Part shown: piece by piece, positions 9,131 through 19,585 of the stretch
How the letters are laid out: each line of letters opens with the position of its first letter
Position numbering within the stretch: position 1 is the stretch's first letter
Sequence record: PX667085.1
Reading direction: 5' to 3' (one strand)
From: a phage
DNA length: 64,000 nucleotides
Program-made: the position numbers and the translations under genes
Notes under the pieces: model-generated
What the model was told of the DNA's origin: nothing
What the model saw: only the letters and a program-made list of their open reading frames with translations
The model's database searches: none

Positions 9131-11806
9131 TTAGTCGTAATATTTCAAACCTGTAATGAACTTCGATCCCCAATCCGCACTTGCGGCGGTGAACGTCAAC
9201 ATCCAAGTTGTAGCTGTACCAGTGAAGACCTCTCGTTGCACAGTACCATCAGTGTGGTAAATGTCCACGCCAGTATGTCCATTCTTAGGAATAGTGAAGG
9301 TAACAGCACTGGTAGTGTCTCGTGCATAAGAACAAACAAATGGTGTCCCCGCCCAAACTGGATTTGTCATATCACCCATCTCAAGCTGTGGAACCCAAGC
9401 AATAAGACCTGCCGTACCATCTCCTGCGAAAGTGTCTGATCCACTTGCATTCAAAGCTATAATCTCATAGGTTATAGATGCTTGTTTGGCAACTGTCACT
9501 TTGTGTAGAATTACACGATACCAACCGTTCCCCATATCGATTATGTTTGCATCTGCACCTGTAAATGTTCCAGCTACAAGATCATAAGTCCCTTCGTTAA
9601 TCTCATCTCCTGAAGTCAATTTGAGTTTCACTTTAGTGATCCCGTCTGGCTTCAAGAATACGGATGCCGCCCAGTGCTTACCTGCTGTAATATCAGAAGC
9701 TGTATTCACTGCTGATAAAATATGTTGTCCTGAAGTTGTAGAAGGTGTTAACTTGTAAGTGTTAGCCGTAGTTCCAACCGGAGAGTTGATTGTTGATGCT
9801 GTGACTGTCAAGTTCGTCTTCAACCACGGGGAAGCTGTTGTCAAGTTATTGTTGATAAAGATATGTGTACGGTTGGCTGCTACAACACGTCTACCTTGTG
9901 GAGTTGTACCAACATATTCTAAAGGTGCTACGGGAGCAGAACTCTCTGTAGGTACAAGGATATCTCCAGAAGCCCTGGCATAACGGTTACTCCTGTTGAC
10001 CTTTACATCCGCCGGAATAGTTTCTTGCGTCAAATCATAGTCCATCACAATGACCACAGCATTCACTGTGAGATAAGAACTATCTTCGGCAGTTACCACA
10101 CCTTGATAAGTTGCTCTACAACCGATACGACAACCTCCATCAGCAACCGCTGTAATAACGCCTGTAACGGGGTCAACTGTTGCTACCGTAGGGTCATTAG
10201 AGAAATACTCAACAACCATACCAGGTAAGCTTGCTGCTCCTGTTGGCGTTATTTCTGCTACCATTGTTTGTGTTGTTCCTACATCCATCGCAGATAAGCT
10301 AGGAGTGTAAACGCTCAATGTTGAAGCATATCCTCCAGAGGTATCTGATAAAGTTGTTCCTTCAGCGTTTAAGGCTGTCATACCTGCATCAAAACCACCT
10401 TCTGCATGGAAAGTCATTAAACCAGTAGATGATATTGTCATGTTTGCAGGGGCAGAAGAAGTGTATTTAATATTGAAAAGTTTACCTCCTTCTGGGCTAA
10501 CAGAATGTGTCAACTGTTTAGTTCCACCTACAATACAAATTCCTAAAGAATCTGTAGTTAAGCCAGTTGCCAGAATATCACCCGTAATCACGGAGCTTGC
10601 TATTGGTGTGAATTTATTATAGTTTAGACCACTATTGAACAGATACGAGGCTTTCCCATCTTTCCAAATACCGGAATAATACATATCCCCGTTATAAACG
10701 AAAAAGGTTCCTTGATAACCTAATTGGTTAGTAATATCCATATTCAGCGTATGAACGCTTGTGAGCTTGTTTATATCCCAGGAACCCACTCCTTCAGGTT
10801 TAACTGGTTTTCCCACTTGGAGTGGATCTCCGCTCGCAGAATCATACCCCAAACCTAAGTTTGCAGTGTAGTTCTTACCAATAGCCCACAAGGAATTGTT
10901 GATCCCAACGAAAAAAGAGTGGCGGTTTGGTGGAAATTTCCATGTTGAGAAACCTGCTGCAAAGGTATCCAGTTTAGTGTAGGTTGTTTCTGTATTAGAC
11001 CTGACATATAAGTAGTTTACCGTGCCCGTACCACCGGAGGTATCTCCTACAACTATTGTCTGGGAAACTGTATTGATGTAATCTTTGACATACACTGTTT
11101 CAGTAGCGGATATCGTGGCATTGACAAAAGCGGTTGTTGTGTTATTATTACCTGCTAAACCTTTACTAGCTCCACAAACACGCAAGGTTCCCACATTGTT
11201 GACATAAGAGCATTGGTTGTAACCTGCATCAAAAGCAACTGCTGAACTTGTTATCTGACGAGGAGTAGAAACTTCGTTAGTAGTGCTTGCACCTAAACTA
11301 CCTACTGTGTTTTGACCCGATCCATAAAGAACACCACTATTCATTAACCAGAGAGTATTGTTATACCCTCCTTTAACCTCTTTAAGATTGGCTAAAGAAA
11401 TAGTCCCTGTTATTACAGATGGAAAGCTGGTCCAAGTAGTTACACATGCATCCGTACCACCTGCTGCTATAGATCCTACCAACCCTGCTGTCAATCCTGA
11501 ATATTGCCATCCCCCACTGTTAGTTTTAATAACAAAACAACGATCTGCGGTAAACACATCCGCTACTACAGTAGAAGCTAAGTGGAAATTATTGAATCGT
11601 GCACTACGAGTTCCATCTGCAATCTCACCAAAGAGGTTTGCGCCTTGAGTAAACAATCTACCATCATTAAGCAAAATTGCCAAACTGCTGTTAGAATTAC
11701 CAGCGTTATCTGGGTAATCTAAAGTAATTACTTTTTTAACAATACCTGCTGGCAGAGGAACGACACCAGTGCTGGTCATAATAGTAAATATTGGAATTGG
11801 AAACAT
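9131..11806 (-). CDS. tail fibre / receptor-binding protein
   Basis: 891 aa, Gly/Thr/Ser/Asn-rich, last gene of minus-strand structural block; SD GGAGGG upstream. Confidence 0.5.
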   Translation of the reverse strand: MFPIPIFTIMTSTGVVPLPAGIVKKVITLDYPDNAGNSNSSLAILLNDGRLFTQGANLFGEIADGTRSARFNNFHLASTVVADVFTADRCFVIKTNSGGWQYSGLTAGLVGSIAAGGTDACVTTWTSFPSVITGTISLANLKEVKGGYNNTLWLMNSGVLYGSGQNTVGSLGASTTNEVSTPRQITSSAVAFDAGYNQCSYVNNVGTLRVCGASKGLAGNNNTTTAFVNATISATETVYVKDYINTVSQTIVVGDTSGGTGTVNYLYVRSNTETTYTKLDTFAAGFSTWKFPPNRHSFFVGINNSLWAIGKNYTANLGLGYDSASGDPLQVGKPVKPEGVGSWDINKLTSVHTLNMDITNQLGYQGTFFVYNGDMYYSGIWKDGKASYLFNSGLNYNKFTPIASSVITGDILATGLTTDSLGICIVGGTKQLTHSVSPEGGKLFNIKYTSSAPANMTISSTGLMTFHAEGGFDAGMTALNAEGTTLSDTSGGYASTLSVYTPSLSAMDVGTTQTMVAEITPTGAASLPGMVVEYFSNDPTVATVDPVTGVITAVADGGCRIGCRATYQGVVTAEDSSYLTVNAVVIVMDYDLTQETIPADVKVNRSNRYARASGDILVPTESSAPVAPLEYVGTTPQGRRVVAANRTHIFINNNLTTASPWLKTNLTVTASTINSPVGTTANTYKLTPSTTSGQHILSAVNTASDITAGKHWAASVFLKPDGITKVKLKLTSGDEINEGTYDLVAGTFTGADANIIDMGNGWYRVILHKVTVAKQASITYEIIALNASGSDTFAGDGTAGLIAWVPQLEMGDMTNPVWAGTPFVCSYARDTTSAVTFTIPKNGHTGVDIYHTDGTVQREVFTGTATTWMLTFTAASADWGSKFITGLKYYD

Positions 11807-11818
11807 TTAAACCCTCCA

Positions 11819-11846
11819 TAAAAAGAAAGCCCCTTTCGGGGCTTCT
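11819..11846 (-). terminator. terminator after collagen-like fibre gene
   Basis: minus-strand AAGCCCC-GAAA-GGGGCTT hairpin followed by TTCTTTTT. Confidence 0.5.
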
Positions 11847-11847
11847 G

Positions 11848-13872
11848 TTATCGTGTTACAACAACCATGTCCACGATATTACCCACACCAGGATACGTTA
11901 ATTGCAAAATTGTTACTGCGTTAGCAGTAGTTGCTATTTCTGTATCATTCAGTGCTCCATAAGACGCATCTAGTGTAACCGTGTGTCCCGTTGTATCTTG
12001 AATCAAATAAATCATTGCTGAAAATGCTTTAGGTTTTGTAGATCCAGTGACACCAGGCCATGCTCCAACTGTCAGAGCGTCAGTTACTGTAACAACATAC
12101 ATATTGGAAGTTCCAGAAGGAGTCCAAGATGCTCCAGAGTTGGCAGTAGTTGTTTCAAGTTCCATGAAACCTGCTGTAACTTTAGTTGGTGTTATAGCTT
12201 CTGTAGGATCTGATCCTGATATTTCGATCCAGTTCCCATCAGAACGACCATACGTCAAGCCGTCTTGAGGTGCTTCTGGTATACTAGGAAGAGTTCCTAT
12301 AAGTGTCCACGTAGAAGAATCTGTTTTCTTGAACACTGCTCCAGTGGTAGTATTGAAGGCGTAATCATTGATAACACCATCTCCTGCGACTGGATTAGTT
12401 GTTGCTACAAACCACTGTGCGCCGTCCTTACCGTTGGTCCCATCTGTACCGTTGGTTCCGTTTGTTCCAGGATCACCCTTATCTCCTTTATCCCCTTTTT
12501 CACCTTTGTCGCCTTTAATACTTCCCATGTCAACAAAAGATGCGGAATTGGTGTCTTGATCGTAGGTATAGATATAAAGATTACTAGTATCTTCAGTTAA
12601 GTAGGCATCACCATAGTTATTATAAACAGGGAGAGCTTCACTGTTCGGAACATGACCTTTAGCTGTAATTGATGTTCCTCCAAGACTGCCAACATTCATC
12701 CATTCTGTAGCATCTTGAACCCAAACATACAAATCATTATTAATTTTATATGCATCACCTACTTCTCCAGTAGGAGGAAGTTCAGCTTCACTGTTCAGAA
12801 CCCCGATAATCTCTAAGCCTGATCCTGTTGCACCCACTGGTCCTTGTGGACCTAGTTCACCTTGTGGACCTCGCTCTCCTTGATCACCCTTGTCTCCTTT
12901 TGGACCTTTAAGTGAGGCAATAAAATCTACTTCTGTCCCTTCATTACCAGCATCCAGCCAACTTTGATATGCAGATTTCCCTTCATCTCCATCTGTTCCA
13001 TCAAGACCGTCTTTACCTGCCTCACCTTGTGGACCTTGAGGACCAACAATATTACCCATGTTGACCCAAGCTGTCCCATTAGAGACATAAAGATTACCAT
13101 TGATAGAATAAGCTTGGCTTACGTTTTCAGAGTTAGGTTGTGGTAAGTTACTTGTAGAAGGTAAATCCCCACGATAATCAAAACCGTTGGCGTTAACACC
13201 AGGTGCTCCCTGTGGCCCTGTAGGACCAACATCACCTTTATCACCTTTTATAGAGGTAAGAAAGTCATAAACAGATCCTGTATTACCATCTGCCAACCAT
13301 ACCTCATAAGCTGATTTCCCTTCTGGTCCAAGAGAAGAAATAAGTTTCCAAACAGAACCATCCCAAGCATAGATTACATCGCCTACGATATAACCGTCCC
13401 CTGCAACGTTACCTGTAGATGGTAGCTCACTAGTGCTTGCTAATGATCCTTTAATATTAAGTTGAGCACCAGTATCTCCTTTCAAAGAAGCAAGCCATTG
13501 TGCTTCTGTTCCAACAAAACCATTATCAAGTGCGATCTGATAAGCTGATTTACCAGCTTCAGGTATTGTTTCCGACAGATCATCGATCTGTTGCTGCACT
13601 GCCGTAAACTTGGCATTGATAATTGCTATATCATCAGCGGTCCCAACATTTTGCCATGCAAGGGAAGAAATACCACCTGTGGTGGCTGGTGTAGAGTTTG
13701 CTGGAACTACTTTAGGAAAAGTTCCTTTCCATTGGTAATAATTCCCTTCTGCTGCTAACAGCAAAACTTCACGGGAATTACGTAATGTAAAACCTGCCTC
13801 AAAACTGCGACGTTTTCGATAAGTAGCTTCTACCAGATCGGCTATCGCACTATTAGGTCTTGTTAAATTCAT
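11848..13872 (-). CDS. tail fibre with collagen-like Gly-X-Y tracts and internal repeats
   Basis: GDKGDVGPTGPQGAPG, GPQGPQGEAGKDGLDGTDGDEGKSAY, GPKGDKGDQGERGPQGELGPQGPVGATG; repeated block GKSAY..W..G..G...DF..S.KG. Confidence 0.65.
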   Translation of the reverse strand: MNLTRPNSAIADLVEATYRKRRSFEAGFTLRNSREVLLLAAEGNYYQWKGTFPKVVPANSTPATTGGISSLAWQNVGTADDIAIINAKFTAVQQQIDDLSETIPEAGKSAYQIALDNGFVGTEAQWLASLKGDTGAQLNIKGSLASTSELPSTGNVAGDGYIVGDVIYAWDGSVWKLISSLGPEGKSAYEVWLADGNTGSVYDFLTSIKGDKGDVGPTGPQGAPGVNANGFDYRGDLPSTSNLPQPNSENVSQAYSINGNLYVSNGTAWVNMGNIVGPQGPQGEAGKDGLDGTDGDEGKSAYQSWLDAGNEGTEVDFIASLKGPKGDKGDQGERGPQGELGPQGPVGATGSGLEIIGVLNSEAELPPTGEVGDAYKINNDLYVWVQDATEWMNVGSLGGTSITAKGHVPNSEALPVYNNYGDAYLTEDTSNLYIYTYDQDTNSASFVDMGSIKGDKGEKGDKGDKGDPGTNGTNGTDGTNGKDGAQWFVATTNPVAGDGVINDYAFNTTTGAVFKKTDSSTWTLIGTLPSIPEAPQDGLTYGRSDGNWIEISGSDPTEAITPTKVTAGFMELETTTANSGASWTPSGTSNMYVVTVTDALTVGAWPGVTGSTKPKAFSAMIYLIQDTTGHTVTLDASYGALNDTEIATTANAVTILQLTYPGVGNIVDMVVVTR

Positions 13873-13899
13873 TTATCTCTCCTATCATTAGACCATTCT

Positions 13900-13927
13900 A
13901 TTGGAAGAAGAGGGGGAATCCCCCCTC
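13900..13927 (-). terminator. possible terminator
   Basis: AGAGGGGG-AAT-CCCCCTCT hairpin; trailing U tract weak. Confidence 0.35.
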
Positions 13928-13934
13928 TATTCCA

Positions 13935-16900
13935 TTAGGTTGTTGGCACATCTACTACTGGCGTTGGGCGAATAACCGCAGTATTACCTACAGAAACATT
14001 ACTGGAATCATTAGGTATGGTTTTAATTCTAACTCCAGCACTTGTAGGCGTTACAATTGGATCTGCAATGTCTATTTTAACTGGGTTAGTCCACGTATCA
14101 TTATCTTGATAAGGTGCACGAGTAATAACTGTGTCCAAATCTGCTCCACCTACGCCAGCACCAGGAATACGGATACGTGTCCCTGCTGACAGAGGGTAAT
14201 GATACAACCAAGAAGCATTTGTTGCTGTCCCGTTAGGAGTCAAGTTCTGTGTCAGGAAGGTATCTCCTGCCTGTGTAGCTCGAATACCGAAAGCTGGGAT
14301 ATCTGGAATATATGCCCCACTTGTTGTTACAAGGAAGAACGTATTATCCGCCTTGACTATCATATCACCTTTGTCAAACTCTTTCCCTGTTGGGAAATGC
14401 ATTCCATCAATGTTTCGACTAGGATTAGGCTCTAAGTAATAAACTTTGCCCGTTGTCCCTACAATAGCTCCAATACCACCTGCGATATTGGTATACATAT
14501 TAGCTTCAACATTACAGTTGACACGATGAATATCCGAGTAACGGCAACGGCTCCACTGTGGACGACCAGTAACCATCGTCTTGCCATCTGGGTAACAGTT
14601 TACGTTAACCATTTCAAGAACAGATTTTTCTCTACGGAAGAATCCATCATAAAATGTCCCTGGACCAGATTCAGGTTGACCAACACAATCGAAGATATTA
14701 CAGGTGATGTTAGACATTGAAAGCCAAGAAGCTATACCGAACAACTGCAATGCAGCGCAACGAATATTTTCAAAGCTAACTCTGTTTTCATAACCTGGCC
14801 CAGCGGAAACTCCCGCAAAAACACGCCCAGTTTTGGTGTGAATGTTACGAACAGAATAGTTAAAACATGGATTTGAAGGTCTGCCCTGTGCCGGAACTAC
14901 CGGATTACCCTCTTCGTCCAGAACTGCGTTAGTTCCCCACTCCAAATAAATCATACGGATATTACTTGCAAGTGTGCTACCGTCTGTTTTAGGCTCTCCA
15001 TAAACACCGTCAATCGTAAAATCTTTACTTCCGTACATTACAACTGCGCCAGTTGCCAAACCTGTCCCAACAGATACAGTCTGATCTGGATCGCCATGAA
15101 TGTTTTCGATAGAGATATTACGACCAACTTCTACGTGGACAATCTGACGACAACGTTTTGCAAAAACGTTACGAATTGTAATATTCTTGCAATATTGATC
15201 ATCAGGGATTCCGTAACCATATGGTCCTTTACCAGCTACACCGATACCGATACCCCAGTTGGACAGAGGAATAGGAGCGTTAGTCCCATCGATATTAGAC
15301 AGGTAAATATTCTCAATCACACAACCATCGTCATAATGTTTATTGATGACGTTCAGTTCTATTGCATCACCTTGCATGTCCATGAAGGTAAGGTTACGGA
15401 AGACACCACGTGTTACTGGTTCCCCTGTTCCTTGTTGAAGGATGCCATACAACCCGTTTTTAAAAGTACAGTTATCAATTTCAAAAGTACCTGATATTGG
15501 GTTGCCTTGGAATACCAAGCTACCAACTTGACCTGCGCGAGGAGCACCGTCCCACAAACAATCGAACATGCGCACAGCACCACCCCAATACATAACACGA
15601 GAGTTACGGAAAGTTGTGCCTTCTACTGTAGCATTTTGCACACGATAGTCGCGTTGACCACGGAACACACCCCCACGCAAAGTGATACCTTGAATATCAA
15701 AAGAGCTTGTCGTGAAAGTCATATCGCAACCGTAAGCATCGAGAATCTTGCTTTTCGAAGATTTTGCTGCTAACAGTGCCGCTTGGAAAGCTGCTTCTGG
15801 TGTGGTATAGGTAGTTGTATTGTTAGCAAATTCGGACAAGTAGACAACATCGAATAAATCGTTGTATGTTCCACCACGAGGGGTTAACAGTCCTTCTGTA
15901 TTAGTCAGAACCCATGCATTTGGACCTAATCCTCCGCTCGTCTCCAAGGTATCGGAAGCCAAAATACTTTTTGGTAAACTTCCAGCCCAACGATAACGAC
16001 CAGCGCCACGTCCAATCGTCTGATTTTTAGCTGTCAGAGTTACATTATTACCAAAGCTTGTAGGCAAATGAACAAACTGTCCACGCTCAACAGCCAGTGC
16101 AGAAAGGTCTACAGATCCTCCAGAATAAGTCATTACTCCAGAAACAGACAAGGATGTTAAAGTGCCTGTAATGTTAGGAGGTAATGTGTAGGAAGACTGC
16201 GCTACCGGATCATACAGAGCTTTAATCCCTGTTAACGATTGACCTGCTGTTGCGTAAGCCACCTCATCATCTAACAAACCATACTTACGAGCAATAGTTT
16301 GCAGAGGGACTTTATCCATGCTTTCTGTTAGTTCTTCCGTTTTTGTTTCTAAACTAACAAGACGGTTCTCTAGATTAGGATCTGTATCTGCTGAAGCTAC
16401 GATTTTGCCAATATAAGCAAAAAGTTTGTTTGGCAGTCCTGTTGCAGGATCGTGTCCCAAAGGTTCAGATAAGATGATCTTACTATCTTCTATACGGAAA
16501 GCTTCCCCCAGAACCTGAATAACACCATTGATCGTAACAATAGCACTATCAAAGATGTAAGGAGGACTAATTACTGTTTCATAACCAGTTGCACCAGAAT
16601 ATACCCAAGGGGTGACTTCTGTTGCCAATTGTTCTGTCTTCAGTCCCCACAATACCCAGTTGTTATCTCCTACTGGAGTCCCTTGCATAGGGATTGGGTT
16701 AACCAATGTAGCGTTAGGGGCATAGTAATAACCGCTCAATACTCCATTCTGGAAATAACGAAGTTGGTTAAAAACTGTTTCGTTTGTGCCTTGCGCCCAA
16801 TCCAATGGGCTTTTAAAGAAAAAGTTGTCAACAAGGGCTTTTCTCAGGGTTGGTATCAACCCTGATTCTGTTTCAATACTCTCTGTAGCACTTCCATTAA

Positions 16901-16988
16901 TAACATCATGGAGTTGGTTAGATGAGAAAATAACCAGGTCTACGCCCTGTTCGAGAGACGTTGCTGGATATGTTGGGAATGTTGCCAT
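13935..16988 (-). CDS. tailspike-like protein, probable parallel beta-helix
   Basis: 1017 aa; recurring short N/G/I/V-rich turns (e.g. NITIRNVFAKRCRQIVHVEVGRNISIENIHGD) typical of beta-helix depolymerase spikes. Confidence 0.5.
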   Translation of the reverse strand: MATFPTYPATSLEQGVDLVIFSSNQLHDVINGSATESIETESGLIPTLRKALVDNFFFKSPLDWAQGTNETVFNQLRYFQNGVLSGYYYAPNATLVNPIPMQGTPVGDNNWVLWGLKTEQLATEVTPWVYSGATGYETVISPPYIFDSAIVTINGVIQVLGEAFRIEDSKIILSEPLGHDPATGLPNKLFAYIGKIVASADTDPNLENRLVSLETKTEELTESMDKVPLQTIARKYGLLDDEVAYATAGQSLTGIKALYDPVAQSSYTLPPNITGTLTSLSVSGVMTYSGGSVDLSALAVERGQFVHLPTSFGNNVTLTAKNQTIGRGAGRYRWAGSLPKSILASDTLETSGGLGPNAWVLTNTEGLLTPRGGTYNDLFDVVYLSEFANNTTTYTTPEAAFQAALLAAKSSKSKILDAYGCDMTFTTSSFDIQGITLRGGVFRGQRDYRVQNATVEGTTFRNSRVMYWGGAVRMFDCLWDGAPRAGQVGSLVFQGNPISGTFEIDNCTFKNGLYGILQQGTGEPVTRGVFRNLTFMDMQGDAIELNVINKHYDDGCVIENIYLSNIDGTNAPIPLSNWGIGIGVAGKGPYGYGIPDDQYCKNITIRNVFAKRCRQIVHVEVGRNISIENIHGDPDQTVSVGTGLATGAVVMYGSKDFTIDGVYGEPKTDGSTLASNIRMIYLEWGTNAVLDEEGNPVVPAQGRPSNPCFNYSVRNIHTKTGRVFAGVSAGPGYENRVSFENIRCAALQLFGIASWLSMSNITCNIFDCVGQPESGPGTFYDGFFRREKSVLEMVNVNCYPDGKTMVTGRPQWSRCRYSDIHRVNCNVEANMYTNIAGGIGAIVGTTGKVYYLEPNPSRNIDGMHFPTGKEFDKGDMIVKADNTFFLVTTSGAYIPDIPAFGIRATQAGDTFLTQNLTPNGTATNASWLYHYPLSAGTRIRIPGAGVGGADLDTVITRAPYQDNDTWTNPVKIDIADPIVTPTSAGVRIKTIPNDSSNVSVGNTAVIRPTPVVDVPTT

Positions 16989-16991
16989 TAA

Positions 16992-17327
16992 TTACCCCTT
17001 ATTCTGTGTACGTTTAACTATGTCATCTAGCATCATTTGGATAGTCGCATTCTTGAGGTCCATAATCTTTTCAATTTTTTGCTCAAGGGTGTTATTATTT
17101 GCCATTAATGTAGAGTTAATTTGATTTAGCATCTGGGTAAGTTCGGCTTTAGTTGCATAAGTTGATTCAACAAAGACCAACTTCTTCTCTAGCTCTCGAC
17201 TTTTCTCCTCCATTTCCTCAAGATCAGAGCCGAATTTATCCATTTTTTGTTTGAAAAAGAACCAGATGACTCCGATTAAAGGGATTATTGCATCCTTTGC
17301 AAGTCCCCATGCTTCTTGAAATTCCAT
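16992..17327 (-). CDS. hypothetical membrane-anchored coiled-coil protein
   Basis: 111 aa; hydrophobic segment AIIPLIGVIWFFF then charged helical region. Confidence 0.35.
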   Translation of the reverse strand: MEFQEAWGLAKDAIIPLIGVIWFFFKQKMDKFGSDLEEMEEKSRELEKKLVFVESTYATKAELTQMLNQINSTLMANNNTLEQKIEKIMDLKNATIQMMLDDIVKRTQNKG

Positions 17328-17336
17328 AGTGATCCC

Positions 17337-17882
17337 TTATTCTGTCGGTAATGTAGGCCAATCTATAGCGTAAGGATAGTCTTTTTGAAGCGGAACACGA
17401 TTTAGTTTAACTACATAAACTTGAAGATTTTTAAGATAAGCTAATTCGTCTTCAGTAGCCATTTCTAAATCTTTAGCATACTGTAAAGGTGTTATAAGTG
17501 CTACCGCTGTTTCTTGTAAAGAGCGAATTTTTGCACTAGCTTGTGTCATCAACTCTTCACGGGAATACTCTTTATCCTTAAGAGTTAAGGTTTCTAAATC
17601 CAGAACCTTGTTCCTAATATCCTCAAAAGTATCTATATTAAAGTCTACTTGTGCTATAGAAAGATCTTCAGGGCAAAGTAGTGTAGGATCAGTATTCCAA
17701 AACACAATACGATTTTGATCATCAAAAACGACTTTCATTTTATCGTTATTGAATTCTGTGCTACGTAAATCATACCAATCGTAACCTTGATCGCAACGAA
17801 GAAAAAGAATGTTCTCTGCTTCTACCAATTCTTTTAGTTCAGGGTCTTCAGGAATATATTTTTTAAAGTTTGTAAATATCAT
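17337..17882 (-). CDS. hypothetical protein (possible fibre assembly factor)
   Basis: 181 aa ORF immediately downstream of fibre gene; no motif. Confidence 0.3.
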   Translation of the reverse strand: MIFTNFKKYIPEDPELKELVEAENILFLRCDQGYDWYDLRSTEFNNDKMKVVFDDQNRIVFWNTDPTLLCPEDLSIAQVDFNIDTFEDIRNKVLDLETLTLKDKEYSREELMTQASAKIRSLQETAVALITPLQYAKDLEMATEDELAYLKNLQVYVVKLNRVPLQKDYPYAIDWPTLPTE

Positions 17883-18944
17883 TTAGCCTCCAATATCGTA
17901 CCAGTTTCCGTTAACGTTGCGCTGGAGGCGTTTGAAGTAAACCCCACCGATGTTATCCGCAGAGCTACGTCCTGTTTCCTGTACGATAATACCAGAAAGA
18001 ACATAACCAGAAGAACAGATATAAGTCCAAGAAACCTCGTTCCCTGGTGGATAATACACACCTTGGCTAGTATAACGAATATCTCTTACAAAGGTTCCGT
18101 TAGCATAATTGTAGTTATTTGTAATCTGACTTTGATGATTACTTTCTACATTGTTTATACGGGAAGAAAGGTTGCTGTTAACATTATTCAAGTTATTTTG
18201 AACAGTGTTAATATTCGTCTGCAATGTGTTCTGAAGGGAAGTCAAACGAGAGTTCAGATAATCTAAACGAACTAAAGCATTTCCGTTAGAAGTATCTTGT
18301 CCACTGTTTGATCTTGGATTATCTATTAGAACATAACCTGCATCATATAAACGAACACCTGCCGATACACTACCTGTGCTAGGATTTCTACGATAAATAT
18401 AAAGCTGACCTCCGCTTTGATACTCGGCAGAAATCTCACCATTTGTTTGTCCTGCAAAGTTTTTGAAGAACAGTGTTGCAGGATCTGTTGTGGAAGTACC
18501 GTTAACATAAACATCGCCACCATAAATAGCACCACCCGCATCACGTTTTACCAGCACGTTTGGTGTTACTGTTGAACTAGTGGCATCTGTAATGTTTGCC
18601 GACAAGTGATTATGACTGTTATCTTGAACCTGGATAGATAAAGTAACTTCTTTGTTACCGTTCCAAGTGGCCTCACCAGTAGCATCACCTGCCATTGTAA
18701 TCTTAGTTCCCACTAAAGGCAAGTAGGTATTAGGTAAAGTTGGAAGAAAATCATCCACCAAATAGCGAATCCATAAACCGATATTATTAAGAATCCAGTT
18801 CATTTCTTCGCAAGTCATGATTTGACCATAATCCATACCAACTGTGCGGATGGTTTCTTTAGGTCTAATTTTGTTTGTGTTTAAAGTTCCTGGGAGCGTT
18901 ACAGTTTGTGTAGCCCAGTCAGGATAATATATTGGCTTCGCCAT
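17883..18944 (-). CDS. tail fibre protein
   Basis: 353 aa, Asn/Ser/Thr/Gly-rich with helical N-S-rich stretch NTLQTNINTVQNNLNNVNSNLSSRINNVESN. Confidence 0.45.
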   Translation of the reverse strand: MAKPIYYPDWATQTVTLPGTLNTNKIRPKETIRTVGMDYGQIMTCEEMNWILNNIGLWIRYLVDDFLPTLPNTYLPLVGTKITMAGDATGEATWNGNKEVTLSIQVQDNSHNHLSANITDATSSTVTPNVLVKRDAGGAIYGGDVYVNGTSTTDPATLFFKNFAGQTNGEISAEYQSGGQLYIYRRNPSTGSVSAGVRLYDAGYVLIDNPRSNSGQDTSNGNALVRLDYLNSRLTSLQNTLQTNINTVQNNLNNVNSNLSSRINNVESNHQSQITNNYNYANGTFVRDIRYTSQGVYYPPGNEVSWTYICSSGYVLSGIIVQETGRSSADNIGGVYFKRLQRNVNGNWYDIGG

Positions 18945-18953
18945 TTAAACTCC

Positions 18954-19583
18954 TTAATCTATTTGCTTGAGAAGCGTACACATGCGTCCTGTTTCATCCC
19001 CAGTAGATTCCATGTACAGGGAACCTAAACCACCAATACCATGAGGCGGTTTGGTAGCATAATAAGAACTAAAACCAAAAGCTGATCCTGCTTTTGCTCC
19101 AAGACGGTAGCTACTAATAATAGGGAAAACACTTAGCAACTGCTCTAAAGCTTGATCAGATTGAAGACACAGGTTGTAGAAAAACACATCAAAGGTTTTA
19201 TTCAAACCTACGTAAGTATTAAGCGTTTCACGCTCTGTTCCTGTGAAACGGGCGAAGATATCAATTATGTCGCCACGAGTCCCCGATGAGGCTACGCGGT
19301 AAGCCCTGATTTTTAATATTGTTCTATACTCTTCATCATCAGAGCCATTACGTTCGATCCCCATTTCTTCCCCTAGAATATCTAGGTATTTGCCTGTGGC
19401 TGTAGAGATCAAGCGGTGTTTAGCAAGATAGATCATTGCCTGATCTATCTTTTGCTTTTCACTGGATACGATGTAGAGGAGCTTGACAATGTTAGGAGAA
19501 GATTTAAAATCTTCAATCAGAAGGTTTTTAACATCTTCATTGATACTGGCCCAAGTTGTTACATGGTCAACACTCACTGCCAT
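18954..19583 (-). CDS. baseplate-region structural protein
   Basis: 209 aa ORF by position in tail module. Confidence 0.3.
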   Translation of the reverse strand: MAVSVDHVTTWASINEDVKNLLIEDFKSSPNIVKLLYIVSSEKQKIDQAMIYLAKHRLISTATGKYLDILGEEMGIERNGSDDEEYRTILKIRAYRVASSGTRGDIIDIFARFTGTERETLNTYVGLNKTFDVFFYNLCLQSDQALEQLLSVFPIISSYRLGAKAGSAFGFSSYYATKPPHGIGGLGSLYMESTGDETGRMCTLLKQID

Positions 19584-19585
19584 TT

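Noticed and set aside
12400-12520. Short direct DNA repeats that could be mistaken for a CRISPR array or tandem repeat
   Set aside because: They lie inside the collagen-like fibre ORF and reflect Gly-X-Y codon periodicity; no repeat-spacer architecture exists anywhere in the window.
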